Origin: Octopus vulgaris
Lineage: Eukaryota
Assembly (NCBI GenBank): GCA_951406725.2
Contig: OX597817.1
Coordinates: forward strand, 13,268,001 to 13,332,000
Direction of reading: 5' to 3'
Length of the DNA: 64,000 bases
Part shown: piece by piece, positions 56,322 to 64,000 of the stretch
How the letters are laid out: every line of letters begins with the position of its first letter
Position numbering within the stretch: position 1 is the first letter of the stretch
Translations under genes and position numbers: made by a program
Notes under the pieces: generated by a model
What the model saw: the letters and a program-made list of their open reading frames with translations, nothing else
What the model was told of the DNA's origin: nothing
The model's database searches: none

Positions 56322-56580
56322 AGTGGCTGTGTGGTAAGTAGCTTGCTAACCAACCACATGGTTCCCGGTTCAGTCCCACTGCGTGGCACCTTGGGCAAGT
56401 GTCTTCTACTAGAGCCTCGGGCCGACCAAAGCCTTGTGAGTGGATTTGGTAGACGGAAACTGAAAGAAGTCCGTCGTATATATGTATATATATATATATA
56501 TATTTTAAAAAAGGAGATGTCGAACACGAGTGGTGATATATAAAAAAGGAAATGAAGAAAAATATACATTTTTCTTCATT

Positions 56581-56655
<75 letters not shown>

Positions 56656-56853
56656 TGTGTGTGTTTGTGTGTCTGTGTTTATCCCCAGCGATGGTGGTGT
56701 GTTTATGTCCCCGTTACTTAGCGGTTCGGCAAAAGAGACCGATAGAATAAGTACTGGGCTTACAAAAGAATAAGTCCCGGGGTCGAGTTGCTCGATTAAA
56801 GGCGGTGCTCCAGCATGGCCGCAGTCATATGACTGAAACAAGTAAAAGAGTAA

Positions 56854-56855
<2 letters not shown>
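56322..56855 (+). mobile_element. SINE-B with an insertion in its internal (TA)n
   Basis: Extra ~80 bp at 56502-56585. Confidence 0.88.
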
Positions 56856-56932
<77 letters not shown>

Positions 56933-56934
56933 CA

Positions 56935-57629
56935 GTTAATCCAAACATGAACAAGCAAGAAAAAACAACAAAAAAGCAACAACGCGAGGACGTGAAATAA
57001 GTACAGTGTTATTGGACGCTCAGGAAAGGAAACAAGAGAAAGAAGATTTCACGTTTCGGTCGGAGCTCTTCGTCGGAAATATAGAAAAAGTCCAAAGAAG
57101 GAAAGACGGACAAAGAAAATCGCAAACGATACACACGCGTCACATATTGAAATGACCGGAAGGGAATGGGTGAAGAAAAAGTTCTTTCAAAGTCAGGAGA
57201 GTGCAAGAGAAGGAGGTATGTGTGGGTATGTACGTGGGTGCAGGTCTATGTGTGTGTGTGTGCTTGTTGCTGTTTATCTATGTGTGTGGTTGGGCTTAGT
57301 GTCGTTTAAGGTCATAGGAAGAATTCATAGTAAGAATTTTGGTAGGAGTGGCTGCCTGTTGTGTGTCTACCTACACATATGCGTAGGAGAATGGTCAGTA
57401 GAAGGTACAGGTAGTTTGAAGTATGTGTGTCTGTATGTATGTATATGTAGTGGTGTGTGGTTTGCAGTGTGTGTGTATGTATGTATGTATGTGTGTGTAC
57501 GTATAGGTATGTGTGTAACGGTGGGGATGTGTGTGTGGAGTAATTGTACCTTACTCTGCGTGTGTGCTTGTATGTGCGTGTGTGCATGTGTGTGTGTAAA
57601 CGAGGTGTTGCGTAGGGGGTATAGGTGCG

Positions 57630-57630
<1 letters not shown>
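56935..57630 (-). mobile_element. Penelope-like terminus with degenerate hammerhead (57046-57080) and TG-rich body
   Basis: attt-CCGACGA-agagctccgacc-GAAA-cg-tg-aaat. Bounded by (TA)n on both sides. Confidence 0.55.
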
Positions 57631-57686
<56 letters not shown>

Positions 57687-57687
<1 letters not shown>

Positions 57688-57917
57688 TTTATTAAAAGCA
57701 GTAAAAATATCACTAAAAACTGTTACTCAGAGTTTCACGTTCCCGTTCGACGGACAGTTTTGTTAGAATCTAACAAAACTGTCTGACGAACAGGAACGTG
57801 AAACTCTGAGTAACAGTTTTTGTGATATTTCTACTGCTTTTAAATAAAGCATATTTTTGTACCTCTGGTATTTGAGTACTCTTTTTTCCACCTTGTTTCA
57901 CATTTATATGCTTACTC

Positions 57918-57920
<3 letters not shown>
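57687..57920. mobile_element. Palindromic Penelope-like terminus with two divergent hammerheads (57719-57758 minus; 57778-57817 plus)
   Basis: Plus copy: actgt-CTGACGA-acaggaacgt-GAAA-ctc/t/gag-TA-acagt. About 80-bp arms centred at 57768, inside (TA)n. Confidence 0.8.
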
Positions 57921-57952
<32 letters not shown>

Positions 57953-58177
57953 CAACAATTGAGGGTAAAATTAATTAATTATTAATCAATTTCACCAAGT
58001 GTTCAGTATGCAAGGGACCATTTAAGGCGAATTCAAATTATTACATTATATAAAAGGGCTTAGTAAAATAAATATGAGAGAGATTTTCTTTAAGTATTAG
58101 AAATAGCTTTAAAAAGTTTTTTAGCTGCTATTTCTAATGAGTTCAGTATGCGGCAAAGTAATTTATTTTACTAAGCC

Positions 58178-58268
<91 letters not shown>

Positions 58269-58538
58269 TATATTAGATATATTATTTACATGCATATTAA
58301 GGAAATAGGGACACAGGGAGTCCAAACGAATACCGAGTCAGCACTCAATAAGAGATCTTGCTCAACAGAATATACAGGTAAGGAAATCAGTAAAAATTTA
58401 TTCCGTTAATCCAAATAACATTCCTCACAAACAGTAAATCCTGGGAAAATACTAATCATGAGGTTGGTACTACCATCGTAGAATATGGAAGTAACCAAGA
58501 AATTTTTAATCGATGATGAGTGTTTCAATAATCTCTAT

Positions 58539-58735
58539 ATGGATCTCTTCTTGTCGGGAGTCCCAGATGAACCTACCCCACGACAGGAGACGCGGATGCG
58601 GGCAGCAACATCGAACTCCCTTGTTGATCAAGTGCCACATATCAGAGGTGGATTCACAAATTAGTGTAGCTCATTCAGCGGTGGTGCCCCAGCATGGCCG
58701 CGGCCTTCGGGCTAAAACATTTTTTTAAAGGATTT
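58539..58735 (+). pseudogene. CR1/L2-like LINE 3' end
   Basis: MDLFLSGVPDEPTPRQETRMRAATSNSLVDQVPHIRGGFTN*, then ggtgccccagcatggccgcggccttcgggctaaaac. Confidence 0.7.
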
Positions 58736-60126
58736 ATATAAATACGCCACGAAAACCTGGAAACCGGCCCTATTAGTCTATGACTGAGAAAGGAGTGATT
58801 TTTTAAAAATACGATATTTAATGAAAGTTCTATTAATCATGTCTACAGACTAATTTACAAATGGTCGTCGTTGATGTTAAAGACATTCTACTGATTAATG
58901 AAACGATCAGTGATTAAAAAATGTAATACCACCTTCATTCTTTTGTTTACTTTATATATGAGTGTGTATATTCACACACATGTATACATATATACATACA
59001 TATGTATATCGAACATCTCATAGATATAAATACATATACATACATGATGTGTGCGTGTGCATGTTTGCATGTGTATGTGTGTGCGCGCGTGTTCATGTGT
59101 GTATGTGTGCATGCCTGTGTATGTGTGTGTGTGTATGTGTGTATGTGTATGTATGTGTGCATGTGTGTGTGTGTGCATGTTTGCATGTGAATGTGTATGC
59201 GCGCGCGTTCATGTCTGTATGTGTGCATGTGTGTGTGTGTGTGTGTGTGTGTGTAAAGTGGGAGAGTAAGTTACAATTTCCTTACTTAATCATAGGAAGC
59301 TTACTTTCGCCCATGTTTGCCTTTTGACAACGTCATCGGTTGTGGGCGCCATCTTTGGGCAATTTAGAATGCACATACCATAAGAAATATTCTTTCAGCC
59401 CCAAAGAATACCAACACCCCCATTAAAACTAATGTATTTTCCAGAGCCCAAAAGCTTTATCGTCATTACAGGCCGCAAAATTTATGAGGCATTTATCTTC
59501 ACCCACTAATTCTCTTGCAAGACAATATGGAAGTGTATCACATCCACCGTGCGACTGGTTCCTGTATCGCATTTGCTGGTGCGAAAAATGCTAGCGTTGA
59601 CAGTTCAACGACCTTTAGTCCTCTTCATTGCATTAAGGCCTGAAAATTAATTTGGGAGGAAGTTGGAGATGGTCTACGTGAGGTTTATTTGATGGTCATT
59701 GGACTTAACTAATTGCAGCTTTAAAAAATATTGTCTAGACCTGTGCGGATCATCTCGCCCACTCTTACAAGATATGTAATCTATTTTAATAATAATTTGG
59801 TTACACACCTGTGTTTAAACATATTTATACACGCGCACTCACACGTGCGATAGAGAATGTATAATATACGCGAAAGAGACTTTTAGCGAACAGTTGGCAG
59901 CTTATTTCCATTCTATTATAAATAAAGTCTATTTTTATTCCAGCGCGTTTGTTTTCTTTAATTTTGAATATAACTGGTTTTCAACATTTATGTTAAATCA
60001 ACATGGCAGCACCGAAAATGGTGAAATACAAGAAAAAGTACAGGCTATCCCCCAGTAGAAACCATCTCTTCGTTTATGTTAACTCTACTTCGAGCTCGTA
60101 TCAGCTCTGTTTTGAACTTAATTCTG

Positions 60127-60632
<506 letters not shown>

Positions 60633-61629
60633 GAATGATCAATTAATCCGCAGTTTCACGGCAGTTATTCGCACTTACTTATGGAGCCTATTGATAGATA
60701 GGTGAACGAGCCAACGAAGGAATCTCGAAACGACCACTCGACTAACTAGAAATGCAACCGAATTCCCTCACATCACACCCCACCGTCCAAATGAATGAAT
60801 AAATTAATAAATTCAATACATAAATAAGGAATAGATTAGCTGATATAATCCTAGATATACACAAGACAGAATATTCACGGCTGGAATGATTTTGGTCATA
60901 GGTCAACTCAATCCACACTGATTCAAGAAGGTAAAACAACTACAACAACAACAGCTGCATCAACAACAACAACAGCAGCAGCAGCCGTTCAAGAATTTGG
61001 ACCTGGAGATCTCCATTTCCAGCGACTTCGAGGGCCACCTCTCAGTGGTGACGGGCGTCAACGAAGAGCCCTCGACTACAACAAGACGACCAAAGTTTTT
61101 TTTGTTTTCCAAGGTCTGGGGTCTCCCGCCCCTAAGCCTTATATGATGGTCTAAGCTTTAGACCATCACCTAATCACCCTTACCTATATTGTTGCTTAAC
61201 AACAACAACAACAACAACAACAAAAGTTTCAGCAGTAACAGCAGTGGATATGTAGTTTAAACTAACGAGAGCCAAATGTCTTTTTCCGTAAACACATTCC
61301 TGGTTGAATGCAAATCCCTGATTCTTTGACCAGTAGTCCGGCATCCAAACGATACAGCCATCCGTAACTTAATTACAAAACAAGCACCTGCTGTCTTATC
61401 AACATCCGATTTAGTCAGAGTATTTCTGTAGCTTATCAGATTCTCTATTACGCATTAGAATGGTATTTGAGACTGAAAGAAAACAGTGTAATAAGCAAAG
61501 AAAAAAAAAACATACAACTGTTAAAAAACAGCATCAACAATAATTATCTTTTACTAATCTGTTAAATTTGACGCCATCACATCCAAACAAGGAATAACCA
61601 ACGAATCTATGATTTATATTTGGATTAAG

Positions 61630-61804
61630 CAGTGGCGTAGCTAAGTGTGTGGAAGTGTATGGGTGAGTGGTCCGCCCTGGGCGACGCTTTTATGAAGGCG
61701 TCACTTTGGGGTCTGCTCTAGAAGCCTGTGTAGGCTGTATTACGGCGGGGAGAGAGAGTAAACTCAAAGGTGGTCCCGGGTGGCACACACTGGTTACACC
61801 ACTT
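61630..61804. mobile_element. Probable hAT-like MITE
   Basis: cagtggcgtagcta ... tggttacaccactt imperfect TIRs. TSD not clear. Confidence 0.5.
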
Positions 61805-61917
61805 GGGTGAACATCATGCTCGAAAGAGCAATCTTTCGGTCACCCTTTCTTTTTTGGAATGGAAATCTCTCACTTCCTCTTTCCGTTTTCTGCTTTCATT
61901 CTCTCTCCCTGCTCTCA

Positions 61918-61982
<65 letters not shown>

Positions 61983-62542
61983 AAGGCTCTGTTCCTCATT
62001 CCGATTCGTATTTCTTCCTGTCTCATTCGTATTGTTTTTCTATTCTTTCTCTCTCTTGAAATGTCTTTTTCTCTGTTGTACTTTTTCCGTTTCTATAATG
62101 ATGCCTGAAATACCACTTGTTTGGATTGTTCTTGTTTAAATAGTAATGATACGACACTCGTTATGTTAATTACGGCAGGGATTAATTACACCAGTTTAAA
62201 GGAAACTCTACAATCAAACCTTATTAAATTCGTCCTCGACAATTTTTGACGTCTCTTGCGGTAAACATCAATTACGCAAGCAATTGTCGTAAACAACTAA
62301 CTAAACACTGTAATATAAGGGATTCATATGTCCGTGGCGACAGTTCGTGTTCTATCATCGATTTTATGTTGCACTAAACAAAAGGATATTTCATTCCCAA
62401 ATGGCAAACATTATTTTTGGATTAATGACTTCAAATTCACTTATAATAAAAATGATTCAACAATTCTCATTAACCCTTTGTTTGTCCTGTATATCACCTG
62501 TGACACACAGGACATGTTTCCCTTGTGTCCATGCTTCGTATA

Positions 62543-62955
62543 TCTCTTTACTCTCTCTTTTACTTGTTTCAGTCATTTGACTGCGGCCATGCTGGAGCAC
62601 CGCCTTTAGTCGAACAGATCGACCCCGGGACTTATTCTTTGTAAGCCCAGTACTTATTCTGTCGGGCTCTTTTGCCGAACCGCTAAGTGACGGGGACATA
62701 AACACACGAGCATCGGTTGTCAAGCAATGCTAGGGGGACAAACACAGACACACAAACATATACACACACATACATATATATATATACATATATACGACAG
62801 GCTTCTTTTAGTTTCCGTCTACCAAATCCACTCACAAGGCATTGGTCGGCCAGGGGCTATAGCAGAAGACACTTGCCCAAGATGCCACGCAGTGGGACTG
62901 AACCCGGAACCATGTGGTTGGTAAGCAGGCTACTTACCATACAACCACTCCTGCT
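62543..62955 (-). mobile_element. SINE-B
   Basis: Near full length. Confidence 0.9.
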
Positions 62956-63144
62956 GATACACTTTATTAAGTTTCTTCAACCACTACAGTAACTTGGGTC
63001 TTATATGAACAAAGTTTTATATTACTCAGAACATATGAAAAAAGGGCCAGCTAAAAATCTGGAAATAACCATTGGCGTTTGGGACAAACTTATGAAAAGA
63101 CTTTGGCTTAGGTAAAGGGTTAAGGAAAGCACTTCGATGAAATA

Positions 63145-63360
63145 ATGATTTCAAATTTTGGCACAAGGCCAGCAATTACGGGGGAGGAGATAAATCGATT
63201 ACAACGATCCCAATGTTCAACTGATTTTTATTTTAGCGATCCCGGAAGAATGAAACGCAGAGTCGACCCCGACGGAATTTGAATTCAGAATGTAAAGACG
63301 GACGAAATGCCGCAAAGCATTTCGTCCGGGGTGCTAATGATTCGGCCAGCTCGCCGCCTT
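63145..63360 (-). mobile_element. SINE-A, older copy with second tail type
   Basis: Head ggcggcgagctggccgaa on the minus strand. Confidence 0.8.
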
Positions 63361-63510
63361 CTTCGATAAAATATTAATAATTAATGTTCTTAATTCTTGT
63401 ATACTTTCATAGTGGAATGGAAAAATTTCGTCTCAGGAGTTTCACTTAGTCAACAATAAAGTTTGTCATTGGAGAACGTGATAATGTTTCGAACATTTTA
63501 TAGATATATA

Positions 63511-63932
63511 GGCGCAGGAGTGGCTGTTTGGTAAGTAGCTTGCTAACCAAACACATGGTTCTGGGTTCAGTCCCACTGCGTGGCATCTTGGGCAAGTGTC
63601 TTCTGCTATAGCCCCGGGCCGACCAATGCCTTGTGAGTGGATTTGGTAGACGGAAACTGAAAGAAGCCTGTCGTATATATGTATATATATATATGTGTGT
63701 GTGTGTGTTTGTGTTTGTGTGTTTGTGTTTGTCCCCCCTAGCATTGCTTGACAACCGATGCTGGTGTGTTTATGTCTCCGTCACTTAGCGGTTCGACAAA
63801 AGAGACCGATAGAATAAGTACTGGCCTTACAAAGAATAAGTCCCGGGGTCGATTTGCTCGACTAAAGGCGGTGCTCCAGCATGGCCGCAGTCAAATGACT
63901 GAAACAAGTAAAAGAGTAAAAGAGAGTAAAGA
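63511..63932 (+). mobile_element. SINE-B
   Basis: Full length. Confidence 0.9.
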
Positions 63933-64000
63933 GTATAAGATGGCGGACAAAGTGAAAGAAACTACATTGAATCAAAGTGAAGGGAAAACAAACGGGCATA

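Noticed and set aside
59500-59600. HPP..D motif suggesting a mariner remnant
   Set aside because: Too short and degenerate; no TIRs located.

Overview
AT-rich eukaryotic, repeat-dominated non-coding DNA (intronic or intergenic). The SINE, microsatellite and Penelope-like content looks like a coleoid cephalopod, most likely Octopus; this is inferred from pattern recognition, not a database search. No intact host gene, rRNA, true tRNA or CRISPR array is supported, and nearly all long ORFs are microsatellite or SINE artefacts. The window holds three tRNA-derived SINE families (here A, B, C; about 40 copies), four non-autonomous Helitrons, a decayed hAT transposon with nested insertions, several MITEs, CR1-like and RLE (R4/Dong-like) LINE fragments, and long microsatellites including a 3.5-kb (TATG)n array. 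Four observations stand out. (1) About 11 type-I hammerhead ribozyme motifs lie in mostly (TA)n-embedded Penelope-like termini; some are paired as palindromes and six share a non-canonical CCGAYGA core. (2) SINE-A multimers share one fixed junction in the anticodon-like loop, suggesting a circular/tandem RNA template or guided template jumping. (3) An RLE LINE appears to target (CATA)n. (4) SINE-B and CR1-like LINE 3' ends share a covarying stem-loop. Coordinates were read by eye and may be off by a few bases.
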